Shown here piece by piece: positions 36,092 through 45,573 of a stretch of DNA of 64,000 nucleotides. The notes under the pieces were generated by a model, which had not been told where the DNA came from, made no database searches, and saw only the letters and a list, made by a program, of their open reading frames with translations. Origin of the DNA: Patescibacteria group bacterium (lineage in GTDB: Bacteria; Patescibacteriota; Microgenomatia; JAMCZE01). A program made the position numbers and the translations under genes. Location: the NCBI GenBank assembly GCA_023380635.1, contig JAMCRP010000001.1, positions 405,200 through 469,199 on the forward strand, written 5' to 3'. Within the stretch, counting starts at the first letter, position 1. Each line of letters begins with the position of its first letter.

Positions 36092-36214
36092 ATTTCTATT
36101 ATCCCACAATAGGAGCAGCGTGGCGAAGTTTTGCAGCGCGAGGGTAAGCTGCGCAGGCACTTGGTACCTCGCCATAGCGGCCGAGCGCGAAAAACTTTGC
36201 GGGCCGCTCCACCT

Positions 36215-36913
36215 TCATCCTCCTCTCGCCACACAAATTGCAAAGACTTTAGAAGCGCCCGCTTTTTTTAAAATCTTGGCACACTCAAAAATTGTGGAGC
36301 CGGTAGTACTCACATCATCAACCAGACAAAAACTGGTTTGCTGGACACTGGAGACTGGATACTGGTTAGAAAGAGTAAACGCTTCGTGAACATTTTTCTG
36401 CCGCTCGCTGTATTTCAAATCAAACTGCGGCTTTGTTTCCCTGGTTCTTTTCAACAAATTTACTACAGTCAGTCGTCGGTGGTCAGTAGTCCGTAGACAT
36501 TTCACCAATTCTCCCGCTAATTTTTCCGCCTGATTAAACCCTCTTTTCCTTTCCCTTTTGGGAGCCAGGGGTACCGGCACCAGATAGTCGAAATTATATT
36601 TATCGTGATAATTTTTCCCGATCAGTTCCGCCAGCTCCTGACAGATTGCCCAGGAGTTGCGATATTTTATTAATTGGATTGCTTTTTGAATCGGCCCGCG
36701 ATAATGGGCTAAGGTGTACATTCCATCAATACCAAAGGCTTTTTGACAGCGAGGATGAGTTAAACCGTAGGGACTGGGCCGTTCGCAGTACGGACAAACC
36801 TGATCGGTGAAGTAATCTATTTTAGTGACGCATTTGTCGCAAAAATATTTCCCCCACTTCCCGCACCCGACACAAGTCCGGGGAAAAATTAAATCCAGAA
36901 GAAAGTTAAGCAC
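36215..36913 (-). CDS. comFC: ComF-family phosphoribosyltransferase (ComFC)
   Basis: N-terminal 4-Cys zinc finger (CVGCG...CPYCE) and PRTase motif LVDDVSTTGST; 232 aa. Confidence 0.75.
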   Translation of the reverse strand: MLNFLLDLIFPRTCVGCGKWGKYFCDKCVTKIDYFTDQVCPYCERPSPYGLTHPRCQKAFGIDGMYTLAHYRGPIQKAIQLIKYRNSWAICQELAELIGKNYHDKYNFDYLVPVPLAPKRERKRGFNQAEKLAGELVKCLRTTDHRRLTVVNLLKRTRETKPQFDLKYSERQKNVHEAFTLSNQYPVSSVQQTSFCLVDDVSTTGSTIFECAKILKKAGASKVFAICVARGG

Positions 36914-36920
36914 TATTCAA

Positions 36921-36930
36921 GTATAATATG
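36921..36930 (+). promoter_or_regulatory. -10 promoter element GTATAATATG driving tRNA-Ser(GCT)
   Basis: TATAAT at 36923-36928; the mature tRNA 5' end is 9 nt downstream. Confidence 0.45.
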
Positions 36931-36937
36931 GAAAACT

Positions 36938-37025
36938 GGAGAGTGGGCAGGACGGTAATGCGGCGGCTTGCTAAGCCGCTGAGTTGTATAAACTCTAACA
37001 GGTTCAACTCCTGTACTCTCCGCCA
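36938..37025 (+). tRNA. tRNA-Ser (anticodon GCT), type II with long variable arm, CCA encoded
   Basis: GGAGAGT/ACTCTCC acceptor, anticodon loop TTGCTAA, T-arm GGTTCAACTCC, 3' GCCA. Confidence 0.8.
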
Positions 37026-37026
37026 A

Positions 37027-37650
37027 CTATACTCCTCCCGGTTCGTAGACCGGGCGAAGTTCCTGAAGACCTTGGGTTTGGGGTTTTTCTTCTTTTTCTT
37101 TTACCTTCTTCCCAAAAACAATAATATCGATTTGCAGGGTTTGCCTCGTCCGTCTGATCGCTTCGCAGGACTCCTTGTTCATCCAAGTCGCCAGGCTTTC
37201 ATCCAAGAGAATCCCCGGTTTCCCCACTTCGTATTCAATTCCGGTTTTATTTCTTTTAAGAACCCGTTTGCTTAGCGTCATTTTGTCCGGACCCAAGAGC
37301 TGATAGATTGGGGAAGTGTGAAAGTAGTGCCCTGGCGGATTACCAGTAAAAGGAGTTGAATCGCATAAGACCGTTTCCACACTTTCGTTATTTTTTTGTG
37401 TCCTCCCGACAAAATACCAGATATACACCGGTTCGCTCAGATCGTTATCTTCATATTTCTCCCGCAGGATTGTCCCGGAACGCAGCTCTGACAAAATTAG
37501 GGTTGTCCCCGCCCCATAACTGGCCATCGGCTCCTGACCCCCAGCTCCAGCCGCCGACAGCAGGCAAAATGCCTCGTGAGCTTGAGCAAGGGTTTCATCG
37601 TCTGAAGTTTCTTTCTGACGGAACCGACCGAGAAAATCTTTAAATTCCAT
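37027..37650 (-). CDS. Hypothetical protein (207 aa)
   Basis: ORF between the two Ser tRNAs; no recognisable motif. Confidence 0.35.
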   Translation of the reverse strand: MEFKDFLGRFRQKETSDDETLAQAHEAFCLLSAAGAGGQEPMASYGAGTTLILSELRSGTILREKYEDNDLSEPVYIWYFVGRTQKNNESVETVLCDSTPFTGNPPGHYFHTSPIYQLLGPDKMTLSKRVLKRNKTGIEYEVGKPGILLDESLATWMNKESCEAIRRTRQTLQIDIIVFGKKVKEKEEKPQTQGLQELRPVYEPGGV

Positions 37651-37691
37651 TAAGCTAATGATATCAAAAGGACCGCAAGCGTACCAATAAA

Positions 37692-37701
37692 GTATAATAT
37701 G
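37692..37701 (+). promoter_or_regulatory. -10 promoter element GTATAATATG driving tRNA-Ser(TGA)
   Basis: TATAAT at 37694-37699; the tRNA starts 8 nt downstream. Confidence 0.45.
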
Positions 37702-37707
37702 CCTTAC

Positions 37708-37789
37708 GGAGGGTTGGCCGAACGGTAAGGCGTCAGTCTTGAAAACTGATACTCGTAAGGGTTAACAGGTTCGACTCCTGTACCCTCCG
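37708..37789 (+). tRNA. tRNA-Ser (anticodon TGA), type II, no encoded CCA
   Basis: GGAGGGT/ACCCTCC acceptor, anticodon loop CTTGAAA, T-arm GGTTCGACTCC. Confidence 0.8.
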
Positions 37790-38021
37790 CCCTCGCCCCT
37801 TTACTTTCTGTAAAAAATCTTCTTATACTAGTTATATGAAGACAAAGTCCCACAAGAGGACTAGCCACGCGTCTGCCCGGTCGCGCCGGTTTTTCGGCAC
37901 CCAGGAGTTAGCCCTTCTGGCCGCGGTAGTTGTCGCCCTGCTGGTTTTCTTTGCCTGGCAAACAAACTCTTTGCCGACATTCCTAAAACCATAAATTTCC
38001 CTTCTCCGATCGCTAAAGGTA

Positions 38022-38031
38022 TAATATGCCT
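38022..38031 (+). promoter_or_regulatory. -10 promoter element GTATAATATG upstream of the 867-aa gene
   Basis: Same 10-mer as the two tRNA promoters; 73-nt leader before ATG 38105. Confidence 0.4.
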
Positions 38032-38104
38032 GCAACGCATAAATTTTTCGTGGCTCAGCACTTGTTGAATGTCAGTAAAGTTTATAAACTGATAAAGGAA
38101 CAAT

Positions 38105-40708
38105 ATGCCGGAAAGGGATGAGTTAGGTTCAATTCTTCACGAGACTCAGGATAATATGGGCAAGGAAAACTTGCCGAAAGCTCCCGGACCAAAAATAGGG
38201 ACGCCCATTCCTTCTGAACCTCAAGCCCGAGCCAGCAACCCACTCTCAGAAAATATTATGAGAAAAAACAATCAAGAGAAAACTCCTCCTTCGCCGGAAC
38301 CAAGGTATTCCTCAGAAGAGTTGGAACTGATTAGAGAAACTGAAATTGCCGACAAAACGAATGATTTCTTCGATGAAATTGCAACAATAACGACCGATGA
38401 CAAAGGCCGGGAAACTTGCACTATTACAGACAGTGAAACCGGAGACAAATTCAGCTTCGCAGTTGAGGCTAATTCCGAGGAAGAATACTACAAGAATGTA
38501 GCGGCAATCCGCTTTGCCGCCGGGGTCGCCGAGCACCAAAACAAAGAGGATATTGCTAACAATTTACAACAGGAAGCTGATAAGCTGGAGGAAAAAATTA
38601 AATCTACCGTCCAAAAACCGCCGGCTGAAGTTGTTCCGCCGATCCCTGAACCGGCGGTTACCCCGCCGCCAGTCCCTCCTGTGCCCAATGAACCCCAAGG
38701 ACCGGAGAATCCCCCAGCCCCGGAACCGGAAAAAAGTCTGCCGGAAAATCCCGAAGACGACAAACAAAATGCTTTGGAAGACTTGGCTCGTCTTCAGCAA
38801 ATGGGAGCCAACCGAAACACCACTTTGGATAACCAACAAATGGATATTCAAGACCGCTTAAGAGAAAGGCGCCAGAAAAACAAAGGCAAAGGAAGCCGGA
38901 CCCTGAAAAGAACCGTTGCGATGACCAAAGAGGCGCTCGCGGCAACCCGGGAAACCAGTGACCGGAATTTCCATTTGCGCCAAGAACTTAATCTCTGGGA
39001 CTATTACATCCGCAATGCAGACCGGATTGAGCAGGAACGAGCCACGATTACCGATCCGGAAAAACGCGCGACTTTTGATAAGAAGAACATTCCCCCGGAA
39101 TTACGCGGGGAAAAAACCGTCACTAGTGAAAACCCCAATACTATCGAGCGTGAAGCCTTGGCGGTTATTCCGCGATTGATCAAAGTAGCCCACCGGGAAC
39201 AAATCCTAGCCGGGTCAAAAATTTTGGAAACCAATACACCGGAAGCGGTTAAAGACGCGCTGGACCTGGAGGTTCGGCTGCGCGAAACTCAGGCTCAAGC
39301 CAAAGCGGCTGAAGAGCAACTTGCCCAACTGCGGGAACAAGCAGCCAGCGGACAATTGCCGGAAATTAAAGCCGCCCAAGAACAGGCCAAGAAAGCGACC
39401 GAAACTGCCGGCGAAGCAACCAGAAAGGTTTTGGAAGCTCAGCAAGAACGCAACCGGGAAAAAGCCCGGGCCGACGCCCTGGCCGCCGAACGACAGGCTA
39501 ATATCGCCCAGACTGCCGCTGCGGCCAAAGCCGATCAAAAGGCTCGGGATCAAGAAACTATCGATCATCTTCAAGAAGAATTGGAACGAACCAAAAGAGA
39601 AGCTCAGCGTAAGGAAGATGAGTTTCTAGACCGCATGACTCTGATTATCCGAAGGGAAAAAGGGGAACCCCTCACTGTCGACCAGCTGGATGAATTGATT
39701 AATCGGGGACTTATTAACCCCGATCATCTAACCTACCGGGAGCGAGTGCTTTTGGTGGATTCCTATCCGGACAAATACCAATTAATAACCAGAGAACGAA
39801 TCCGGGCCAATGCGGAAAAATTTCTGGAAAACTTGCCAAAAAATTTAAGCGACTTCGCTAAAAACAACGGAGAATTGCTTGCTCTCTTTGTTGGCGGCGC
39901 AGGACTGCGGATGATCCTATCTCATGCCGGAGCTGATCTTTATAACCCCGATATACTTAATATGTCCCTTGCGTTCCTTGGTTTCTCGACTAATGTCGCC
40001 ATTAGGGCAGCTGAGCAAAATCCTGAAACCCTGGCGCTAGAAGCAAAACACCCGATAGCTACCAGGCGGATTAAGCGTTTTGCCGCTGGCGCCACCGCTG
40101 TCCTTATGGGCTGGAGCGCCGAAAGCATTGGTGAGCACGCTTTGTCCGGCTTGGCCAGCCATTTAACAGCCGAAACTCAGCCGGCAGAAACCACTACCCC
40201 CACTCATAGCCCAACCGCCGAACCAACACCACCACCCGGAAAACCGTCAACAGCTGGAACGGCAGTTCCAACTCCCCCAAAAGCGGAAACACCTCCCGTC
40301 TCTCCCACCCCCGGTGCCACACCCCCTGTCGGTCCGGAAGTAACCGGGGTCCCGCCGGTTGTTCCACCGGGCATCGAGCACCTGATTGCCCCCAATGGCG
40401 CCGTCATTAACGGTTCGGTAGTTAATAACACATTAACTTACAATGGTGAGCCTTGGCACCTTTTAGATAACGGCTCCCTTCACCTGCACCAACTGGCCGG
40501 CGGCGAAATGATTAACGAAACCGTTTTGGCCGAAAAGCTTCAGGAAGCAGTTAATCTATGGAGTCGTGGCGAACTAAGCGCCGCCGATCACCCCGATCTC
40601 TGGGCAATTTTCCAAATCAGTAACGGCACCCAAAGTGTCTTTAACAATCTCATGAACCATGGTTCGGCTGTTGCTCAGGCTATGCAACATCTGAGTATAA
40701 TTAAATAA
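38105..40708 (+). CDS. Large hypothetical protein: acidic N-terminus, Pro-rich linkers, long coiled coil, one hydrophobic segment, C-terminal globular region
   Basis: 867 aa. PPxPEP repeats at about 180-210 and 700-760. Long coiled coil (AQAKAAEEQLAQLREQ...). Hydrophobic stretch GELLALFVGGAGLRMIL. No catalytic motif recognised. Confidence 0.5.
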   Translation: MPERDELGSILHETQDNMGKENLPKAPGPKIGTPIPSEPQARASNPLSENIMRKNNQEKTPPSPEPRYSSEELELIRETEIADKTNDFFDEIATITTDDKGRETCTITDSETGDKFSFAVEANSEEEYYKNVAAIRFAAGVAEHQNKEDIANNLQQEADKLEEKIKSTVQKPPAEVVPPIPEPAVTPPPVPPVPNEPQGPENPPAPEPEKSLPENPEDDKQNALEDLARLQQMGANRNTTLDNQQMDIQDRLRERRQKNKGKGSRTLKRTVAMTKEALAATRETSDRNFHLRQELNLWDYYIRNADRIEQERATITDPEKRATFDKKNIPPELRGEKTVTSENPNTIEREALAVIPRLIKVAHREQILAGSKILETNTPEAVKDALDLEVRLRETQAQAKAAEEQLAQLREQAASGQLPEIKAAQEQAKKATETAGEATRKVLEAQQERNREKARADALAAERQANIAQTAAAAKADQKARDQETIDHLQEELERTKREAQRKEDEFLDRMTLIIRREKGEPLTVDQLDELINRGLINPDHLTYRERVLLVDSYPDKYQLITRERIRANAEKFLENLPKNLSDFAKNNGELLALFVGGAGLRMILSHAGADLYNPDILNMSLAFLGFSTNVAIRAAEQNPETLALEAKHPIATRRIKRFAAGATAVLMGWSAESIGEHALSGLASHLTAETQPAETTTPTHSPTAEPTPPPGKPSTAGTAVPTPPKAETPPVSPTPGATPPVGPEVTGVPPVVPPGIEHLIAPNGAVINGSVVNNTLTYNGEPWHLLDNGSLHLHQLAGGEMINETVLAEKLQEAVNLWSRGELSAADHPDLWAIFQISNGTQSVFNNLMNHGSAVAQAMQHLSIIK

Positions 40709-40709
40709 A

Positions 40710-41009
40710 ATGCAGGACGATATTTTTCAAAAATTCATTGATAAGGTCAAGGCTGACAAAAATCCTGAGGAAGCCGAAAAGTTTTTTCAAGATTTTCTTA
40801 ACTTTAGCGCGGCAGAACTCTATGTTGTTATCATGAGCCAAATGACGGAAGAGGATATGCAAGCTATCGAAAAAATCAGCGACGACGCCCTGGCCGAAGA
40901 AGAAATCAAAAAACGCTTTAAAGACCACACACAAATGACCCCGGAAGAGTTTTTAATTAAGCTTCGCGACCGGGTGTCCCAGCAATATTTAACTCCCGGC
41001 AAAAACTAA
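40710..41009 (+). CDS. Small acidic hypothetical protein (99 aa)
   Basis: Start 2 nt after the stop of the 867-aa gene; likely co-transcribed. Confidence 0.4.
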   Translation: MQDDIFQKFIDKVKADKNPEEAEKFFQDFLNFSAAELYVVIMSQMTEEDMQAIEKISDDALAEEEIKKRFKDHTQMTPEEFLIKLRDRVSQQYLTPGKN

Positions 41010-41051
41010 AACGGCTTTACTTCCCCGGCCTCAAAAAGTATAGTTATATTA

Positions 41052-41576
41052 ATGGAAGAAACTCCTCTGCCCAATAGCCAAGAGTCACCGAAACCACCGC
41101 GGGTTCGGGATCTTTTTACTTGGCAATCTCTCTCCCGGCCGACCCTAAATTATCCCAAAGGCACTTTTCTCACTCTGGGCAGTTTAGTCTTTTTAGTTAC
41201 TGTTATTTTTACTTTCTTTCAGGAATGGCTGGCCATAGCCGTAACCTGGGCTGCCTATTTCCTCTTTTTTGCTTTGACCAAGATTCCTCAGGAATCCGTG
41301 GAACATAAAATTACCACCGAAGGAATAATTTCTATGAACCACGCCTATCTTTGGGGCGAACTTGGACCGTTCTGGTTTATGCCCCGAAATAACGAATTAA
41401 TCCTCCATATTGCCAACCGGAATGTTTTTGGCCATCTGACGATTCTTATAAACTCGGCAGACAAAGAAAAAATCCGGGATATTCTGGCCCAATATCTGCC
41501 TTTTATCGAAGTCCCGGAAAAATCCGTCGTCGACAAGATCTCCGACTGGTTTAGTCAGAAGGTTCTTCGCGCCTAA
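41052..41576 (+). CDS. Hypothetical membrane protein (2 TM helices)
   Basis: 174 aa; hydrophobic hairpin LTLGSLVFLVTVIFTFF...WAAYFLFFAL. Confidence 0.4.
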   Translation: MEETPLPNSQESPKPPRVRDLFTWQSLSRPTLNYPKGTFLTLGSLVFLVTVIFTFFQEWLAIAVTWAAYFLFFALTKIPQESVEHKITTEGIISMNHAYLWGELGPFWFMPRNNELILHIANRNVFGHLTILINSADKEKIRDILAQYLPFIEVPEKSVVDKISDWFSQKVLRA

Positions 41577-41578
41577 CT

Positions 41579-41653
41579 TGGTACGCCCGAGTGGAATTGA
41601 ACCACCATCACTTCCTTCGGAGGGAAGTACTCTATCCGTTGAGCTACGGGCGC
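41579..41653 (-). tRNA. tRNA-Arg (anticodon CCG), CCA encoded
   Basis: Revcomp GCGCCCGTAGCTCAACGGATAGAGTACTTCCCTCCGAAGGAAGTGATGGTGGTTCAATTCCACTCGGGCGTACCA. Confidence 0.8.
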
Positions 41654-41666
41654 ATAAATAATCTTG

Positions 41667-41748
41667 CGGAGGATAGAGGAGTTGAACCTCTTAGTCCTTG
41701 CGAACACTGGTTTTCGAAACCAGCGCATTACCGTCCTGCCCATCCTCC
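41667..41748 (-). tRNA. tRNA-Ser (anticodon CGA), type II
   Basis: Revcomp GGAGGAT...CTGGTTTCGAAAACCAG...GGTTCAACTCC...ATCCTCCG. Confidence 0.8.
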
Positions 41749-41754
41749 ATCCAG

Positions 41755-41828
41755 CGCGCCTGGTGAGACTTGAACTCACAGTCTCTTGGTCCGCAACCAA
41801 GTGCTCGATCCAGTTAAGCTACAGGCGC
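41755..41828 (-). tRNA. tRNA-Arg (anticodon GCG)
   Basis: Revcomp GCGCCTGTAGCTTAACTGGATCGAGCACTTGGTTGCGGACCAAGAGACTGTGAGTTCAAGTCTCACCAGGCGCG. Arg-type D-loop (CTGGAT); the GCG anticodon is unusual for bacteria. Confidence 0.7.
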
Positions 41829-41832
41829 CCGG

Positions 41833-41916
41833 CGGAGGAGGCGAGATTCGAACTCGCGCGAGCTTACGCTCACTTGCTTTCCAAGCAAGCGGAATGGGCC
41901 ACTATCCGACTCCTCC
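41833..41916 (-). tRNA. tRNA-Ser (anticodon GGA), type II
   Basis: Revcomp GGAGGAGTCGGATAGTGGCCCATTCCGCTTGCTTGGAAAGCAAG...GAGTTCGAATCTCGCCTCCTCCG. Confidence 0.8.
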
Positions 41917-42023
41917 AATTATAGCGCTATTATACCTTTTTCTGTTAATATATGGACTTCTAACTAATTTATAGTTTTTCACTCATATCTAGCCTATAGA
42001 ATCTGCTCCGCTAAACAGTTTCC

Positions 42024-42569
42024 ATGTCATTTACCCTTTCCAGAACGATCCCTGCTTATTTCTGGCTCGCGGCAGCCGGGGTGCTATTACTATTGGCGCC
42101 GAAGATTTCCGTCAGTTTGCCAACAACTGATGAAGATTATTCCTACACTATTGTTCACGATCACATTTCCTCCACCCTGGACTGGGAAGAAAAAATTGCC
42201 ACTTTTTCGGTTAAACCTAGACCAAAACCCGCTCCGGTAGCAGTGAAACCAGTCGTGGTCGTAAATTATCCCGCTCCCACCGATCTGGAGGCGATTTTTA
42301 GCGAGGCCGCTAAAATCTATAATGTCGATAAGGACTTACTCACCAAAATTGCCAAATGCGAGTCTAATTTCCACTCCGATTCTATTAATCCCGGCGGCCC
42401 TTATTTGGGTATGTTTCAGTACCTGGAGAGTACCTGGATATCTACCCGTAAGGCCATGGGTGCTGATCCCAACCCTTCTTTAGTTTTTAACGCCGAAGAA
42501 GCCATTAAAACCTCTGCCTGGAAAATTGCCCACGGCGGCCTGGACGCCTGGCCCGTTTGCGGAAAGTAG
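42024..42569 (+). CDS. Secreted Rpf-like (transglycosylase-like domain) cell-wall hydrolase
   Basis: N-terminal TM/signal, then KCESNFHSDSINPGGPYLGMFQYLESTW matching the Rpf/Transglycosylase-like CESGG...GLYQFSQSTW signature. Confidence 0.6.
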   Translation: MSFTLSRTIPAYFWLAAAGVLLLLAPKISVSLPTTDEDYSYTIVHDHISSTLDWEEKIATFSVKPRPKPAPVAVKPVVVVNYPAPTDLEAIFSEAAKIYNVDKDLLTKIAKCESNFHSDSINPGGPYLGMFQYLESTWISTRKAMGADPNPSLVFNAEEAIKTSAWKIAHGGLDAWPVCGK

Positions 42570-42585
42570 TGTATACTCCGGCCAA

Positions 42586-44406
42586 ATGACCGACCTCGAT
42601 CAGATTAAGCAAAAGATTGATATTGTCACTCTGATCGGCGAATATGTCCAGTTAAAAAAGACCGGGGCCAACTTCAAGGGTCTTTGTCCTTTCCACTCCG
42701 AAAAAACCCCCAGCTTTATTGTTTCCCCGGAGCGGCAAATTTGGCACTGTTTCGGCGGCTGCCAGGACGGCGGCGACATCTTTAAGTTTTTAATGCGGGC
42801 CGAAAATCTGGAGTTTCCCGAAGCCTTAAAAATACTGGCCAAACGGGCCGGAGTCACTTTAACTTCATACCAGCCGTCAAAGGCTACGGAACTAAAAGAA
42901 AGAATTTATGCCGCCAATCACCTGGCGTCGGAGTTTTACAATTACCTTTTAACGAAACATCCCTTGGGCAAGAACGGTCTTGATTATGTGCAAAACCGTA
43001 AAATCAGCCCCAACTCGATTAACCTTTTTAAAATCGGCTACGCTCCCAATTCCTGGGACTCCCTCATGAAGTTTTTGCTTAAAAAAGGCTACTCGGGCGC
43101 GGAAATGGAAGCTGCCGGGTTAGTCTCGAAGTCCGGCATCGGCAAGTACTTTGACCGCTTCCGCGGCCGGGTAATGTTTACACTCTGCGACCACCGGGGT
43201 AATGTCGTCGGCTTTGCCGGCAGACTTTTGGATCCGGAGGCTAAAGAGGCGAAGTATATCAACACGGCGGAAACGGCCGCTTACACCAAAGGCAATGTGC
43301 TGTACGGTTTGGACATCACTCATGACGAAATTAAAAAAGCCGGATTTGCCGTAGTGGTTGAGGGAGAAATTGACGCGATCTCATCGTATCAGGCCGGGGT
43401 GCGCAATGTCGTGGCCATTAAAGGATCGGCTCTAACGGCCGGGCATATCAGCCTACTTAAAAGGTACACGGAAAATGTGTATTTATCTTTAGACTCTGAC
43501 TTTGCCGGCGACGCCGCCGCCCACCGCGGAATCGAGATGGCCGACCAGGCCGGACTGAATATTAAAGTGGTAACTTTCTCCCAGGCTAAAGACCCGGACG
43601 AACTGGTTAAAATTGATCCCAAACTTTGGCGTGAAGCTGTAGAGAAAGCCGTGCCGTTTTATGACTATGTGATTGATAACGCCGCGACAAAATACGCAGC
43701 AGACTCCGCCGACGGCGGCAAGAAAATTCTTAGCGAGGTTACAAAGTTTATTGAACCGATCGATAATTTAATTGTCAAAAATCACTACCTGAAAAAACTG
43801 GCCAGGGTTTTGGGCGTCAGCCAAGAAGTCGTTCAGGCCCAACTGGCCAAGGAATACAAGAAGCTTACCCTCCCCCATTCCTCCAGTTCCCCCAATGTCC
43901 CTAGTTCTCCAAGTCCCAAATCCCGCAGTGAACTTCTGGAAGAGTATCTGCTTTCCCTGCTTCTCCAGTCTTCCCGACCGTCAGACTATCTGCTACTGAT
44001 TTCTCCCAGGCTAAAACCTGAAGATTTCACTAACCAGGCGTTGGGAAAGATTTATCAGCTGATGGTTTCCCTGGTCGATAACCCCAAATCGGACATTGCC
44101 ATGCCCGGCAAAAAGTTTGACATTAAGGATTTTGTGAATGTCGTTCCGCCGGAAGCTCTTGATCTGGTCGATCGGCTCTATTTACAGGAAAATAAAATCG
44201 ATTTAACTGCCGACGCCGCAACTTTAGAAGAAATTCAGCGGACAGTCTGGGAAATTAAGGAGCTGACTCTACGGGAAAAATTAAAAAAAGCCGGTGAAGC
44301 GATCAAGAAGCACCCCGACGACACCGTCTTGGAAGAGACTTTTACCGAAACCACTGCTGTCCTGCAACAACTCCGGCAGGAGCGCCAACTCTTGACAAAA
44401 AATTAA
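42586..44406 (+). CDS. dnaG: DNA primase DnaG
   Basis: Zinc-binding [30 protein letters not shown], TOPRIM motifs EGEIDAIS and SLDSDFAGD. Start ATG 42586 inside the TTG-initiated track ORF 42526-44406. Confidence 0.85.
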   Translation: [606 protein letters not shown]

Positions 44407-44430
44407 TAAGAGCCTAAAATAGGCTCCAAT

Positions 44431-45573
44431 ATGCCCAAAAAATCTCCCGCCAAGGTATTGACACCGGTAAAAAAATCCCCCGTCGGGGCAAAAATTGAAT
44501 TGCCCGATAAGGCCACGGATCTGCTTAAGAAGGGCAAGTCTTCCGGCTTTGTCACTCAGGAAGAAATCCTCCAAATTTTTCCTAAAGCCGAAGAGCACCT
44601 GGAAGAACTCGACGAACTCTATGACCGCCTCATTAACGCCAATGTCGACATATTTGAAACCACGGCCGACGACATCGAAAACGAAACCAAAACCGCCTCT
44701 GATTTGGAAAAAGAACTGGAATCCATTGCCGCTTTAGAATCCGGCGGAGTCACCGATCCGGTCCGAATGTACCTTAAAGAAATCGGCCGCATTCCGCTTC
44801 TTAACGCCAAAGAGGAAGTCGACTTGGCCAAAAGATCGGAAAAGGGCGAAAAACGGGCCAAAGACAAACTGATTTCTTCTAATTTAAGGCTGGTCGTGTC
44901 CATTGCCAAAAAATATCTCGGCCGGGGCATGACCATGCTTGACCTTATTCAGGAGGGCAATCAGGGCTTAATCCGGGCCACCGAAAAATATGACTGGCGC
45001 CGGGGCTACAAGTTTTCCACTTACGCTACCTGGTGGATTAGACAGGCTATTACCCGGGCGATTGCTGACCAGGCCAGGACCATTCGTATCCCCGTGCATA
45101 TGGTCGAGACAATCAATCGGTACGTTCGGACTCGCAACCGCCTTACTTCAGAACTTGGAAGAGATCCTCTGCCTCAAGAAGTAGCCAAGGAAATGGAAAT
45201 TGATGTGTCGAAAATTTTAGAGATACAGAAAATCTCCCAGGAGCCTACTTCCCTGCAGACTAAAATCGGCGACGAGGAAGATTCCCAGCTGGGCGATTTT
45301 ATTGCTGACGAAAGAGCTCCGTCTCCTGAGGACCAAACCAGCAAAGCTTTACTAAAAGAGCATTTGGAAGAAGCTTTGGGTACCTTAAATGATAGAGAGC
45401 GCAAGGTACTCATCATGCGTTTTGGTCTGGAAGATGGCCGGCCCCGAACCCTGGAAGAAGTCGGCAAGGCCTTCGGTGTCACCCGTGAACGCATTCGCCA
45501 AATCGAGGCCAAAGCCATTAGAAAGCTTAAACACCCCAGCCGTTCTAAAAAACTCAAAGACTATCTGGAATAA
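44431..45573 (+). CDS. rpoD: RNA polymerase sigma factor RpoD (sigma-70)
   Basis: Region 2 [49 protein letters not shown], region 4 [27 protein letters not shown]; dnaG-rpoD operon order. Confidence 0.9.
   Translation: MPKKSPAKVLTPVKKSPVGAKIELPDKATDLLKKGKSSGFVTQEEILQIFPKAEEHLEELDELYDRLINANVDIFETTADDIENETKTASDLEKELESIAALESGGVTDPVRMYLKEIGRIPLLNAKEEVDLAKRSEKGEKRAKDKLISSNLRLVVSIAKKYLGRGMTMLDLIQEGNQGLIRATEKYDWRRGYKFSTYATWWIRQAITRAIADQARTIRIPVHMVETINRYVRTRNRLTSELGRDPLPQEVAKEMEIDVSKILEIQKISQEPTSLQTKIGDEEDSQLGDFIADERAPSPEDQTSKALLKEHLEEALGTLNDRERKVLIMRFGLEDGRPRTLEEVGKAFGVTRERIRQIEAKAIRKLKHPSRSKKLKDYLE

Noticed and set aside
36928-37275. 115-aa plus-strand ORF
   Set aside because: Its 5' part is the tRNA-Ser(GCT) gene; it is a translation of structured RNA.
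41573-41974. ORFs 41573-41800(-), 41591-41773(+), 41664-41924(+) and 41786-41974(+)
   Set aside because: They overlap the four-tRNA cluster on the minus strand.
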